NCBI GenBank assembly: GCA_027311025.1
Contig: DAICZS010000005.1
Span: 7,784-71,783 of the forward strand
Direction: 5' to 3'
DNA length: 64,000 nt
Source of the DNA: Ferrovaceae bacterium
Lineage (GTDB): Bacteria > Pseudomonadota > Gammaproteobacteria > Burkholderiales > Ferrovaceae
The notes under the pieces are model-generated. The model was not told the DNA's origin and did no database searches. It saw only the letters and a program-made list of their open reading frames with translations. This document shows positions 22,004-32,500 of the stretch, one piece after another (the first letter of the stretch is position 1; every line of letters starts with the position of its first letter). The position numbers and the translations under genes are program-made.

Positions 22004-24415
22004 TCAATGCTTGATCGGCGAGCCGGTCGTTGCTTCGGCAATCGGTGCCGGCAATTTTGACACCTCCAGCGGGTCTGCCGGGGTCGGCATACGCTCGAGT
22101 GCAAAGGTCAGCACCTGATCAATCCATTTCACCGGGTGCAAATCCAGTTTGTTTTTAATGTTTTCAGGAATTTCAACGAGATCCTTGGTGTTTTCTTCAG
22201 GAATCAGGACCGTTTTAATGCCGCCGCGATGGGCAGCAAGCAACTTTTCCTTCAAGCCGCCAATGGGCAACACCTCGCCGCGCAACGTGATCTCACCCGT
22301 CATGGCCACATCCGCGCGCACGGGAATGCCCGTGAGGACAGAAACCATGGCCGTGGCAATGGCAATGCCGGCACTGGGGCCATCCTTGGGTGTGGCTCCT
22401 TCAGGCAGGTGAATGTGAATGTCGGATTTCTCGTAAAAATCGTCGGCAATGCCCAGGTTTCGTGCGCGACTGCGCACCACACTCAAGGCTGCCTGGATGG
22501 ATTCCTGCATGACATCCCCCAGCTTGCCCGTGGTGGTCATCTTGCCCTTTCCTGGAAGCTTGGCCGCCTCGATGGTCAGCAATTCACCACCCACCTCTGT
22601 CCAGGCCAGCCCTGTCACCTGTCCCACCTGATTGGTTTTTTCAGCGATGCCAAAGGTGTAACGACGCACACCCAGATACTTTTCCAGATTGCGTGACGAT
22701 ACCGTCACCTTGGCAGGCTTCTTGGAGAGCAGAAGGGACTTGACCACCTTGCGGCAGATCTTGGCGATTTCGCGATCCATGGCCCGCACCCCGGCTTCGC
22801 GCGTGTAGTACTGGACGATGTCACGCAGGGCAGACTCGGTTACAGAAATTTCATTGTCCTTGAGTCCGTTGGCCTTCAACTGCTTTGGCAACAGATACTG
22901 CCGGGCAATGTTGATCTTTTCATCTTCGGTGTAGCCGGCAAGCCGGATCACTTCCATCCGGTCCAGAAGGGGTGCCGGAATGTTGAGCGTGTTGGCCGTA
23001 GCCACAAACATCACATCCGAAAGATCATATTCCACCTCCACGTAGTGGTCGATGAAGGTGTGGTTTTGTTCAGGATCGAGTACCTCCAGCAACGCTGATG
23101 AGGGGTCTCCACGAAAATCCTGGCCAAGCTTGTCCACTTCGTCCAGCAGAAAAAGCGGATTGCGCACGCCAACCTTGGTCATGTTTTGCAGGATCTTGCC
23201 CGGCATGGATCCGATGTAAGTGCGGCGGTGCCCACGAATCTCGGCTTCATCGCGCACACCACCCAGGGCCATGCGCACAAACTTGCGATTAGTGGCACGG
23301 GCAATGGATTGCCCGAGCGAGGTCTTGCCCACGCCAGGTGGCCCTACCAGGCAGAGGATTGGTGCCTTGACCTTTTCCACCCTGCTTTGTACAGCGAGAT
23401 ATTCGACGATGCGCTCCTTGACCTTGTCCAAGCCGTAATGGTCCTCGTCCAGAATGCGCTCGCAGGCGCCAAGATCATTGCTGACCCGGGTTTTCTTCTT
23501 CCAGGGCAACCCCACAAGCGCGTCGATGTAGTTGCGCACCACCGTGGCTTCAGCAGACATGGGCGACATCAGGCGCAGCTTCTTGAACTCGGCATCAGCC
23601 TTGGTTTTGGCTTCTTTGGGCATGTGCGCGTTCTTGATCTTCTTTTCAAGCTCTTCAAGGTCTGCACCCTCTTCGCTGTCGCCCAGCTCTTTCTGGATGG
23701 CCTTGACCTGCTCGTTGAGGTAGTACTCGCGCTGGCTTTTTTCCATCTGGCGCTTCACGCGGCCACGGATGCGCTTTTCAACCTGAAGGATGTCGATTTC
23801 ACTCTCGAGCACGGAGAGCAGGTGTTCAAAGCGTTCCTTGACGTCAAACATCTCCAGGATCTGCTGCTTCTGTTCCAGCTTGAGCGGCAAGTGGGCCGCG
23901 ATGGTGTCGGCCAGGCGGCCTGCATCGTCAATATTGGAAAAAGACGTCAGTACCTCCGGGGGAATTTTTTTGTTGAGCTTGACGAACTGGTCAAACTGGG
24001 TCAGCAAGGTGCGACGCATGGCCTCGATTTCAGGATGCGTGCTGCCGGGTGAGGGAATGCCTTCGGCATCGCCCACAAAATGGGTTTTAACATCAGCCAC
24101 GCTGATGATTTTGGCGCGCTCAGAACCTTCCACCAGCACCTTGACGGTGCCGTCGGGCAATTTGAGCATTTGCAGAATGCTGGCCACGCTCCCCACCGCA
24201 TACAATTCTTCGGGTTTGGGCTCGTCGTTAGCCGCGGATTTCTGGGCCACCAACAGGATGTTCTTGCCCGTTTCCATGGCAGTTTCCAGCGCCTTGATGG
24301 ACTTTTGGCGGCCCACGAACAGCGGAATCACCATATGCGGAAACACCACGACGTCCCGTAGCGGCAACAGGGGTAATTGCACAGGCTCTTGGTTTGATTC
24401 AAAAATTGAGGTCAT
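22004..24415 (-). CDS. lon: ATP-dependent Lon protease
   Basis: 803 aa. Walker [10 protein letters not shown] and catalytic-Ser block [10 protein letters not shown]. Confidence 0.97.
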   Translation of the reverse strand: MTSIFESNQEPVQLPLLPLRDVVVFPHMVIPLFVGRQKSIKALETAMETGKNILLVAQKSAANDEPKPEELYAVGSVASILQMLKLPDGTVKVLVEGSERAKIISVADVKTHFVGDAEGIPSPGSTHPEIEAMRRTLLTQFDQFVKLNKKIPPEVLTSFSNIDDAGRLADTIAAHLPLKLEQKQQILEMFDVKERFEHLLSVLESEIDILQVEKRIRGRVKRQMEKSQREYYLNEQVKAIQKELGDSEEGADLEELEKKIKNAHMPKEAKTKADAEFKKLRLMSPMSAEATVVRNYIDALVGLPWKKKTRVSNDLGACERILDEDHYGLDKVKERIVEYLAVQSRVEKVKAPILCLVGPPGVGKTSLGQSIARATNRKFVRMALGGVRDEAEIRGHRRTYIGSMPGKILQNMTKVGVRNPLFLLDEVDKLGQDFRGDPSSALLEVLDPEQNHTFIDHYVEVEYDLSDVMFVATANTLNIPAPLLDRMEVIRLAGYTEDEKINIARQYLLPKQLKANGLKDNEISVTESALRDIVQYYTREAGVRAMDREIAKICRKVVKSLLLSKKPAKVTVSSRNLEKYLGVRRYTFGIAEKTNQVGQVTGLAWTEVGGELLTIEAAKLPGKGKMTTTGKLGDVMQESIQAALSVVRSRARNLGIADDFYEKSDIHIHLPEGATPKDGPSAGIAIATAMVSVLTGIPVRADVAMTGEITLRGEVLPIGGLKEKLLAAHRGGIKTVLIPEENTKDLVEIPENIKNKLDLHPVKWIDQVLTFALERMPTPADPLEVSKLPAPIAEATTGSPIKH

Positions 24416-24450
24416 GAGGGGTCTCGCAAAATTGGGGTTACTGCTTATGT

Positions 24451-24487
24451 GGGGCCTTTTTCCATGATTTCAATGGAGAAAGGCCCC
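24451..24487 (-). other. long imperfect stem-loop in the clpX-lon spacer
   Basis: ggggcctttttccat (24451-24465) pairs with atggagaaaggcccc (24473-24487). 15-bp stem with one mismatch and a 7-nt loop. No U-run follows on the minus strand. Confidence 0.4.
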
Positions 24488-24494
24488 CCCGACC

Positions 24495-25748
24495 TCAAAC
24501 GCCAGCAACCTTGTGCTGATCGGCGTAAATCAACAGCGGTGGAGCCTCGGCGGTGATGCAACCTTCGTCGATAACCACTTTGGTCACGTTTTGCAAGGAA
24601 GGCAGCTCAAACATGGTGTTGAGCAGCACATGCTCGATGATGGAACGCAAACCCCGGGCCCCGGTCTTTCGGGCCAGCGCTTTCTTCGCGATGGCGCGCA
24701 AGGCATTCGGGCGAAACTCGAGTTCGACATTTTCCATGGAAAAGAGTTTCTGATACTGACGCGTCAGGGCGTTGCGTGGCTCAGTCAGAATCCGAACCAG
24801 GGCATCTTCATGGAGCTCTTCTAGCGTCGCCACTACTGGCAAGCGCCCCACGAATTCCGGGATCAGGCCAAACTTGATCAGATCTTCGGGCTCGACACCC
24901 GAGAGCACCTGGTTGGCATCCCGGCCATCCCGACTGACCACTTCTGCGCCAAAGCCGATGCCGCTGCGATCAGAGCGATCGCGAATGACCTTGTCGAGCC
25001 CGCCAAACGCCCCACCGCAAATGAACAGGATGTTGGTGGTGTCCACCTGGACGAATTCCTGATTGGGGTGCTTGCGCCCGCCCTGGGGCGGAACGGAAGC
25101 CACCGTGCCTTCAATGAGTTTGAGCAGCGCCTGCTGTACGCCCTCGCCCGAGACATCGCGGGTAATGGAAGGGTTATCCGACTTGCGGGAAATCTTGTCG
25201 ATTTCGTCGATATAGACAATGCCGCGCTGCGCCTTTTCCACGTCGTAATCGCACTTCTGCAGCAATTTCTGGATGATGTTTTCCACATCCTCACCCACAT
25301 AACCTGCCTCGGTGAGGGTGGTGGCGTCTGCAATCACGAAGGGCACGTTGAGCAAGCGCGCCAGTGTCTGGGCCAGCAGGGTTTTACCAGATCCTGTGGG
25401 GCCGATCAGGAGGATATTGCTCTTGGCAAGCTCGATATCGCGATCCTTGCTCTGGTTGCGCAATCGCTTGTAGTGATTGTAGACGGCAACGGCCAGAATC
25501 TTCTTGGCCTGCGTTTGATCAATCACATACTGATCCAGGATCTCAGCGATTTCCTGGGGAGAAGGCAGCTCGGTTTTGACGTTCTTGACTTCAGCGCCCT
25601 GAATTTCACGGATGATGTCGTTGCACAGCTCGATGCACTCGTCACAAATGAACACCGAGGGGCCCGCAATCAGCTTGCGAACTTCATGCTGGCTCTTTCC
25701 ACAGAAGGAACAATAAAGCAACTTTTCGTTGCCGGCTTTTTCTGTCAT
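24495..25748 (-). CDS. clpX: ATP-dependent Clp protease ATP-binding subunit ClpX
   Basis: ATG 25748 ([23 protein letters not shown]...FICDEC zinc finger). Walker A GPTGSGKT. Confidence 0.97.
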   Translation of the reverse strand: MTEKAGNEKLLYCSFCGKSQHEVRKLIAGPSVFICDECIELCNDIIREIQGAEVKNVKTELPSPQEIAEILDQYVIDQTQAKKILAVAVYNHYKRLRNQSKDRDIELAKSNILLIGPTGSGKTLLAQTLARLLNVPFVIADATTLTEAGYVGEDVENIIQKLLQKCDYDVEKAQRGIVYIDEIDKISRKSDNPSITRDVSGEGVQQALLKLIEGTVASVPPQGGRKHPNQEFVQVDTTNILFICGGAFGGLDKVIRDRSDRSGIGFGAEVVSRDGRDANQVLSGVEPEDLIKFGLIPEFVGRLPVVATLEELHEDALVRILTEPRNALTRQYQKLFSMENVELEFRPNALRAIAKKALARKTGARGLRSIIEHVLLNTMFELPSLQNVTKVVIDEGCITAEAPPLLIYADQHKVAGV

Positions 25749-25762
25749 GGACACGATTCCTT

Positions 25763-25792
25763 CAAACAAACACCCGACAAACAAACACCCGA
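25763..25792. repeat. perfect 15-bp tandem duplication (caaacaaacacccga x2)
   Basis: Read directly: 25763-25777 is identical to 25778-25792. Lies in the clpP-clpX spacer just upstream of the clpX SD. Confidence 0.85.
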
Positions 25793-25837
25793 ATTTTCGG
25801 TCCTACAGTGTCAGTTTAACCCTTTCTGCCCCAGAGA

Positions 25838-26467
25838 TCACGATGCTGCTTCAGCCCGCGTCGTCAGCACCCGATCAATCAAACCGTACTGGCGGGCTTC
25901 CTCGGCACTCATGAAATTGTCCCGATCGGTATCCTTCTCGATGACCTCGATGGACTGACCCGTATGACGACTCATCATCTCGTTGAGTTGCCGGCGCAGG
26001 TAAAGAATTTCCTTGGCCTGGATTTCGATGTCCGACGCCTGCCCTGAAGCACCACCCGAGGGCTGGTGGATCATGACGCGCGAGTTGGGCAGCGAATATC
26101 GCTTGCCTTTGGTGCCGGCAGAAAGCAGGAAAGCCCCCATGCTGGCAGCAATGCCGATGCAGGTGGTGCTGACGTCGGCCTTGATGAACTGCATGGTGTC
26201 ATAAATGGCCAGCCCCGCAGAAACGGATCCTCCTGGCGAATTGATATAGAGGCTGATGTCCTTGTCAGGGTTTTCGGACTCCAGGAACAACAACTGGGCC
26301 ACGACCAGATTGGCCGTATCTTCGGTCACGGGGCCGACCAGGAAAATGACCCGCTCCTTCAGAAGGCGCGAGAAAATGTCGTAGGCACGTTCGCCCCGCC
26401 CGCTCTGTTCCACCACCATGGGTACGAGACCCAGGTTTTGCGGATCCATCTTCCACTGTGCATTCAT
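25838..26467 (-). CDS. clpP: ATP-dependent Clp protease proteolytic subunit
   Basis: Catalytic blocks AASMGAFLL (Ser) and MIHQPSGG (His). AAGGA lies 6 nt before ATG 26467 and directly abuts ATG 26473, so the second ATG is preferred. Confidence 0.93.
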   Translation of the reverse strand: MNAQWKMDPQNLGLVPMVVEQSGRGERAYDIFSRLLKERVIFLVGPVTEDTANLVVAQLLFLESENPDKDISLYINSPGGSVSAGLAIYDTMQFIKADVSTTCIGIAASMGAFLLSAGTKGKRYSLPNSRVMIHQPSGGASGQASDIEIQAKEILYLRRQLNEMMSRHTGQSIEVIEKDTDRDNFMSAEEARQYGLIDRVLTTRAEAAS

Positions 26468-26481
26468 ATGCATTCCTTAGA

Positions 26482-27777
26482 TTAGCGTTGGCCCGCCAGT
26501 TGTTCAAAAGGGGTGGGCACGTTTTCGGTCTTGGCACGGGCGCAAACCCACTCCACCACATTGTCCTCCAGAACCAGCGATTCCACCTCTCGCAACCGCT
26601 GGGGCTGCTGGTAGTACCAGCGAACGATCTCTTCCGGGTTCTCATAAGCGCCGGACATATCCTCTATAACGGCACGAATCTGCTCAGGCTGAGCCGTCAG
26701 TTTCTCCTTCTTGACCAGATCGGTGAGAATCAGCCCCAGCGCCACCCGGCGACGTGCCTGTTCTTCAAAGAGCTGGTCCGGCAGGTTCATTTCGGACTTC
26801 TGTCCGGAACGGGAAGCAAACTCCTGCAGGGCCGAATCGCGCAGGCGATTGATTTCCTGGGCTACCAGGGCACGGGGCAGGACCACTTCAGTAGCTCCCA
26901 ACAATGCGTCCATGACACGATCCTTCACCTGTGACTTGATGCGCTGGCGCATTTCGCGCTCCAGGTTTTCGCGCAATTCGAAGCGCAATGTGTCGAGGTT
27001 GCCGTCCTTTACACCCACGGAACGGGCGAATTCGGCATCCACTTCGGGCAGGATGGGCTTTTGCACCAGGTGAAGCGCTACGTCAAAGCGCACGGTCTTG
27101 CCCGCCATGTCCGCGGAATGATAGTCGACCGGGAAAGTCAGTTCGAAGGATTTGGTCGTCGCCGCCATCATCCCCATCAACTGGGCCTCGAAATCAGCCA
27201 AAAACTGCCCTTCCCCCAGTACCAGGCGGTGCCCCTTGGCTTGTCCGCCAGCAAACGGCTGGCCATCGAGGAAGCCATCGAAGTCGAACAATACCTGGTC
27301 GCCCTTTTGGGCAGGCCGGTCTTCCACCGTGTAGGTAATGCGCTGGCGGCGCAGAATGTCGATGGTCCGGTCCACGTCGGCATCGGTCACTTCAGTGACG
27401 GGGCGTTGAATCACGGCCCCGGAAATATCGCCCACCGTGATTTCAGGGTAAACCTCGAAGGTCGCCGTAAATTCAAAGGTGCCTTCAGCAGGGTCGGGTT
27501 TGGGCTCAAAACGCGGCATACCGGCCACGCGCAGGCTCTGTTCGCGCACGGCTTCACCAAAGCGGTCCTGGGCCAGTTCGTTCAAGGCATCCTGTTCCAC
27601 CTGCCAGCCATATTGCTGGACGAGCATTTTCATGGGAACCTTGCCGGGTCTGAACCCCTGCATTTTGGCCGTCTTTGAAAGCTTGTTCAGGCGGGCCTTC
27701 ACTTCGGTGTCCACTTGGGACAGGGGCACCGCGAGTTGCAGCGAACGTTCGAGCGAATTAGATTGCGTAGTTTCCAT
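26482..27777 (-). CDS. tig: trigger factor
   Basis: About 431 aa from ATG 27777 (METTQSNSLERSLQL...). FKBP-type central domain. Canonical tig-clpP-clpX-lon order. Confidence 0.93.
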   Translation of the reverse strand: METTQSNSLERSLQLAVPLSQVDTEVKARLNKLSKTAKMQGFRPGKVPMKMLVQQYGWQVEQDALNELAQDRFGEAVREQSLRVAGMPRFEPKPDPAEGTFEFTATFEVYPEITVGDISGAVIQRPVTEVTDADVDRTIDILRRQRITYTVEDRPAQKGDQVLFDFDGFLDGQPFAGGQAKGHRLVLGEGQFLADFEAQLMGMMAATTKSFELTFPVDYHSADMAGKTVRFDVALHLVQKPILPEVDAEFARSVGVKDGNLDTLRFELRENLEREMRQRIKSQVKDRVMDALLGATEVVLPRALVAQEINRLRDSALQEFASRSGQKSEMNLPDQLFEEQARRRVALGLILTDLVKKEKLTAQPEQIRAVIEDMSGAYENPEEIVRWYYQQPQRLREVESLVLEDNVVEWVCARAKTENVPTPFEQLAGQR

Positions 27778-27882
27778 TGCCAAGCCCTATGAAGAACATC
27801 AAAAGAATATGCTAAACCGAGCATTATACAAAATTAGGCGCATTTCGGGTATGCTCGGCGCTTGTCTCATGCGAACAACGGT

Positions 27883-28644
27883 ATGACAGCATCTGCCCGC
27901 AACACGATCCTGGAAACCCGCAACCTCAGCAAAAGCTTCAAAGGCTTTGTGGCAGTCTCTGGGGTCCATCTGAAAGTTGAGCGCGGCACCATCCATGCGC
28001 TCATCGGACCCAACGGCGCCGGCAAAACCACCTGCTTCAACCTGCTGACCAAATTTCTGGAACCCAGTTCCGGCCAGATTTTCTACAATGGCACCGATAT
28101 CACCGCCGAGACGCCTGTCGAAGTAGCACGCCGCGGCATGGTGCGTTCGTTCCAGATTTCGGCTGTTTTCCCTCATTTGACGGTCCTGGACAACGTCCGC
28201 ATTGCCCTGCAGCGCGTCCTGGGCACCAGCTTTCATTTCTGGCGTTCACAGAAATCGCTCGATGCGCTCAACCCCCGAGCCCTGGAGCTGCTGTCTCAAG
28301 TGGGACTGGAATCTTATTCCAGAAGGCTTGCCGTGGAACTGCCCTATGGGCAGAAACGCGCGCTGGAAATTGCCACCACGCTGGCTCAGGATCCGGAACT
28401 GATGTTGCTGGACGAACCCACCCAGGGCATGGGACATGAAGACGTGGACCACGTCATGGCCCTGATCAAATCCGTTTCGGCGCAACGCACCATCCTGATG
28501 GTGGAACATAACATGAAAGTGGTTTCGCAAATTTCGGATCGCATCACGGTCCTGGCCCGAGGAGCCATACTCGCTGAGGGCAGCTACAGGGAAGTCTCAA
28601 CCCACCCTGAAGTCATCACAGCTTACATGGGTACGGCCGCATGA
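27883..28644 (+). CDS. branched-chain amino acid-type (HAAT) ABC transporter ATP-binding protein, LivG-like
   Basis: Walker A GPNGAGKTT and LivG-type body. ATG 27883 preferred over TTG 27862. Confidence 0.85.
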   Translation: MTASARNTILETRNLSKSFKGFVAVSGVHLKVERGTIHALIGPNGAGKTTCFNLLTKFLEPSSGQIFYNGTDITAETPVEVARRGMVRSFQISAVFPHLTVLDNVRIALQRVLGTSFHFWRSQKSLDALNPRALELLSQVGLESYSRRLAVELPYGQKRALEIATTLAQDPELMLLDEPTQGMGHEDVDHVMALIKSVSAQRTILMVEHNMKVVSQISDRITVLARGAILAEGSYREVSTHPEVITAYMGTAA

Positions 28645-29348
28645 GTGGCGTCGAATACCTGCGCATCACCGGGCTACATGCCTTTTATGGTGAATCGCAC
28701 ATCCTGCATGGGATGGATTTTACGGTCAACCGGGGCGAATGCCTCTCACTGCTGGGACGCAACGGCGCTGGACGGACCACCACGCTGCGGGCCATCATGG
28801 GGTTGACCAGCAGGCGCACTGGCTCGGTCATGGTCAATGGCGTGGAAACCATCCATATGGCACCGCACCGGATTGCCCAGTTGGGCATTGGCTACTGCCC
28901 CGAGGAACGCGGCATCTACGCGTCGCTCACCTGCGAGGAAAACCTGCTGATGCCTCCCACCGTGGCCAGCGGCGGCATGACCCTCGATGACATCTATACG
29001 CTATTTCCCAACCTCAAGGAACGGCGTCATAGCCAGGGCACACGCATGTCCGGGGGCGAACAGCAGATGCTGGCCATGGCACGCATCCTGCGCACGGGAG
29101 CGCGGCTATTGCTGCTGGACGAAATTTCGGAAGGCCTCGCCCCGGTGATCGTGCAACGCCTGGCCGAAGTGATTACCCTGCTCAAATCCCAGGGGTACAC
29201 CATCGTGCTGGTGGAACAGAATTTCCGTTTTGCCGCCCCACTGGCGGATCGCATGGTCGTGGTGGAGCACGGACGACCCTGCATGGAAATTGCGCAGCAT
29301 GAATTATCCGAAAAAAGTGAAGTGCTGCATCGACTGTTGGGTGTCTGA
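28641..29348 (+). CDS. HAAT ABC transporter ATP-binding protein, LivF-like
   Basis: 235 aa. Walker A GRNGAGRTT and signature MSGGEQQML. ATGA overlap with the upstream gene. Confidence 0.85.
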   Translation: MSGVEYLRITGLHAFYGESHILHGMDFTVNRGECLSLLGRNGAGRTTTLRAIMGLTSRRTGSVMVNGVETIHMAPHRIAQLGIGYCPEERGIYASLTCEENLLMPPTVASGGMTLDDIYTLFPNLKERRHSQGTRMSGGEQQMLAMARILRTGARLLLLDEISEGLAPVIVQRLAEVITLLKSQGYTIVLVEQNFRFAAPLADRMVVVEHGRPCMEIAQHELSEKSEVLHRLLGV

Positions 29349-29376
29349 GCCCATAACCTGCTGGAGGAGCAACTCA

Positions 29377-30612
29377 ATGAAAACAACCAGAACCAATCGA
29401 TTCCAGATTCGCCCCATGGCTGCCATCGCCGCACTGGCGCTCACGATGGCCTGCGGTGCTGCTCGCGCTGAAATATCTGACAATGTGGTGCGCATCGGTG
29501 TCCTTACCGACATGTCAGGCGCTTACTCCGATCTTGCTGGCCCTGGCGCCGTGACGGCAGCCAAAATGGCCGTGGAAGATTTCATCGCCAAGCAAAAACC
29601 CGGCTTCAAGGTCGAGCTGGTTTCGGCAGACCACCAGAACAAGGGCGACATCGCCTCCAACAAGGCGCGAGAATGGTTTGATCGGGACCAGGTGGACGTG
29701 GTCACCGAGCTGGTGACGAGTTCCACGGCGCTGGCCGTCATGAAGGTGGCGAAGGAAAAGAATCGCATCGCCCTCATCACCGGGGCCGGCTCCTCGCGCA
29801 TCACCAACGAGGACTGCAATGACGTCAGTGTGCATTGGGCTTATGACACCTATGCAACAGGCAACGGTACGGGCAGGGCCGTGGTCAAGCAAGGCGGCAA
29901 AACCTGGTACTTCCTGACGGCTGACTATGCCTTCGGACAGTCCCTGGAAAAGGACACGACGGCCGTCATCCTGGCCAACGGCGGCAAGGTGTTGGGCTCG
30001 GTCAGACACCCCTTTCCCAGTACCGATCTCTCTTCCTACCTGTTGAAGGCGCAAGCTTCCGGCGCCGAGGTCATCGGATTGGCCAATGCCGGGGCGGACA
30101 CCATCAACTCGGTCAAACAGGCCGCAGAATTTGGCATCACGCCCAAACAGACTCTGGCCGGCCTGCTGATGTTCATTACCGACATCAACAGCCTGGGGCT
30201 GAAAGCCACGCAAGGCATGTACCTGACCGAAGCATTCTATTGGGACATGAATCCTGAAACCCGGGCCTGGTCCAAGCGCTTTTACGAACGCCAGAAGAAA
30301 ATGCCCACCATGGTGCAAGCAGGCCTCTATTCCGCCATCACCCATTATCTCGAGGCCGTGAAGGCCATCAACTCGGACGATACGCAAAAAGTCATGGCGC
30401 AAATGAAGAAGGTGCCCGTCAATGACTTCTTTGCCAAAAACGGCAAGATTCGCAATGACGGCCTGATGGAACATGACATGTTCCTGATGCAGGTGAAGAA
30501 ACCTGCCGATTCACATTATCCCTGGGACTATTACAACGTGCGCGCCACCATTCCTGGTGCCGAGGCGTTTGAACCCCTCAGCCAATCCCGTTGCCCCCTC
30601 ATCAAGAAATGA
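29377..30612 (+). CDS. HAAT ABC transporter periplasmic substrate-binding protein (Leu/Ile/Val-binding-protein fold)
   Basis: ATG 29377 after GGAGGA. Signal peptide MKTTRTNRFQIRPMAAIAALALTMACGAARA. About 411 aa. Confidence 0.8.
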   Translation: MKTTRTNRFQIRPMAAIAALALTMACGAARAEISDNVVRIGVLTDMSGAYSDLAGPGAVTAAKMAVEDFIAKQKPGFKVELVSADHQNKGDIASNKAREWFDRDQVDVVTELVTSSTALAVMKVAKEKNRIALITGAGSSRITNEDCNDVSVHWAYDTYATGNGTGRAVVKQGGKTWYFLTADYAFGQSLEKDTTAVILANGGKVLGSVRHPFPSTDLSSYLLKAQASGAEVIGLANAGADTINSVKQAAEFGITPKQTLAGLLMFITDINSLGLKATQGMYLTEAFYWDMNPETRAWSKRFYERQKKMPTMVQAGLYSAITHYLEAVKAINSDDTQKVMAQMKKVPVNDFFAKNGKIRNDGLMEHDMFLMQVKKPADSHYPWDYYNVRATIPGAEAFEPLSQSRCPLIKK

Positions 30613-31496
30613 CCGAGGTTTTTGGCGTTCCCCTGCTGGCCCTCCTGGGCCAGCTGGTACTGGGCCTCGTCAACGGTTCGTTCTACGCGCTGTTGAGCTT
30701 GGGGCTCGCCATCATTTTTGGCATGCTCAACATCATCAACTTCGCCCATGGGGCCCTGTACATGATGGGCGCCTTTGCTTCGTGGATGCTGTTGACCTAT
30801 TTCGGCATAGGTTATTTTGGCGCCCTGCTGCTGGCGCCCCTGCTGGTAGGCGCCTTTGGCATCATCATCGAACGCCTGCTGCTGCAACGCCTGTATCGCC
30901 TGGACCACCTGTACGGCCTGTTGCTGACTTTTGGGCTCGCACTCATCATCGAAGGGCTGTTTCGCGACCAGTTTGGCGTGAGCGGAGAGACCTATGAAGT
31001 GCCTGAAGCCCTGACGGGGGCCATCGACCTGGGGTTCATGGCCTTGCCGAAGTACCGGGTATGGGTAATCGGGGTGTCGACTCTGGTCTGCTTTGCCACC
31101 TGGGCCATCATCGAAAAAACCCGCCTGGGTTCCTACCTGCGCGCCGCCACCGAAAACCCGCAGTTGACCCAGGCCTTTGGGGTCAACGTGCCCCTCATGA
31201 TCATGATGACCTACGGCTTTGGCGTGGCACTGGCAGCACTCGCTGGCGTCATGGCTGCACCCATTTTTCAGGTCAGCCCCCTGATGGGCTCCAACCTCAT
31301 CATTGTGGTATTTGCCGTGGTGGTGATTGGCGGCATGGGCTCCATTCTGGGGGCCATCGTCACGGGCCTGATGCTGGGGCTGGTTGAGGGTCTCGCCAAA
31401 GTGTTTTATCCAGAAGCTTCCGCCACCGTGGTGTTCGTGATCATGGCCATCGTGCTGATCATCCGCCCGGCTGGCCTGTTTGGACGGGAAAAATGA
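30609..31496 (+). CDS. HAAT ABC transporter permease, LivH-like
   Basis: Polytopic protein. ATG 30609 overlaps the SBP stop (ATGA). Confidence 0.8.
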   Translation: MTEVFGVPLLALLGQLVLGLVNGSFYALLSLGLAIIFGMLNIINFAHGALYMMGAFASWMLLTYFGIGYFGALLLAPLLVGAFGIIIERLLLQRLYRLDHLYGLLLTFGLALIIEGLFRDQFGVSGETYEVPEALTGAIDLGFMALPKYRVWVIGVSTLVCFATWAIIEKTRLGSYLRAATENPQLTQAFGVNVPLMIMMTYGFGVALAALAGVMAAPIFQVSPLMGSNLIIVVFAVVVIGGMGSILGAIVTGLMLGLVEGLAKVFYPEASATVVFVIMAIVLIIRPAGLFGREK

Positions 31497-32440
31497 TGCG
31501 GCGATTGATGCTGGGACTGGTGTTATTGGCCTTCATTGCGGCACCCGCCGTACTCTATCCCGTCTTGCTGATGAAGGTATTGTGCTTTGCCATTTTTGCG
31601 AGTGCCTTCAATTTGCTGCTGGGTTACACGGGGTTGCTGTCCTTTGGCCATGCCGCTTTTTTTGGCAGTGCCGCTTATGTGGCAGGTTATCTGATTCGCG
31701 ACATGACCTGGCCCGTGTGGGCCGCCCTGCTGGTCAGCACGCTGGCTGCTGCGCTGATGGGGGGTATTGTGGGGCTGCTGGCCATCCGCCGCCAGGGCAT
31801 CTATTTTGCGATGATCACGCTCGCCATGGCGCAGATGGTGTATTTCATCTGCCTGCAGTTGCCCCAAACAGGAGGTGAGGACGGATTGCAGGGTGTGCCA
31901 CGAGAAACCCTGGCGGGACTCGATCTCTCCAATGACCTTACACTCTACTATGTGATTCTGGCGTTCTCCCTACTGGCCTTTGCCCTGATCTACCGCACCA
32001 TCCACTCCCCCTTTGGCCAGGTGCTCAAAGCCATTCGGGAGAATGAGCCGCGTGCCATTTCACTGGGTTATGACGTGGCTCGCTACAAACTGCTGGCCTT
32101 CGTGCTGTCCACGGGCCTGGCAGGCCTGGCAGGTGCCCTTAAAATGCTGGTGTTCAAGTTTGCCTCGCTCACCGATGCGCACTGGCACATGTCCGGCGAA
32201 GTGGTGCTGATGACCATTCTGGGAGGCATTGGCACCGTGCTGGGCCCCATCGTGGGCTCTTCCATCATCGTGGTGCTGGAAGACCAACTGGCCGACAAGG
32301 TAGGGTCACTCGTCACCGTCATCATGGGCGGCATCTTTGTGGTGTGCGTGCTGCTGTTCCGGCGTGGCATCGTGGGTGAAACCGCGGCATTCTATCAACG
32401 GATGCTGGGCCACCGTAAATTGCCCAAAGAATTGATCTAA
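31493..32440 (+). CDS. HAAT ABC transporter permease, LivM-like
   Basis: 315 aa polytopic protein. ATGA overlap with the LivH-like gene. Confidence 0.8.
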   Translation: MMRRLMLGLVLLAFIAAPAVLYPVLLMKVLCFAIFASAFNLLLGYTGLLSFGHAAFFGSAAYVAGYLIRDMTWPVWAALLVSTLAAALMGGIVGLLAIRRQGIYFAMITLAMAQMVYFICLQLPQTGGEDGLQGVPRETLAGLDLSNDLTLYYVILAFSLLAFALIYRTIHSPFGQVLKAIRENEPRAISLGYDVARYKLLAFVLSTGLAGLAGALKMLVFKFASLTDAHWHMSGEVVLMTILGGIGTVLGPIVGSSIIVVLEDQLADKVGSLVTVIMGGIFVVCVLLFRRGIVGETAAFYQRMLGHRKLPKELI

Positions 32441-32500
32441 CGCAAAAGGGGCTGGTGGGGCTGTCCTATACTCGCGATTTTGCGAGTAAAGCACGACCCC

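Noticed and set aside
23186-24052. 288-aa plus-strand ORF (and the similar 25068-25958 ORF of 296 aa)
   Set aside because: Antisense to lon and clpX respectively, both of which are unambiguous.
24416-24494. Sigma32 heat-shock promoter for lon
   Set aside because: A CCCCAATT element exists near the lon start, but the only TTGAAA-like box is about 30 nt away, which is the wrong spacing. Not supportable from sequence alone.
29515-30474. 319-aa minus-strand ORF
   Set aside because: Antisense to the Liv-type substrate-binding protein gene. Gly/His/Arg/Val-rich with no family features.
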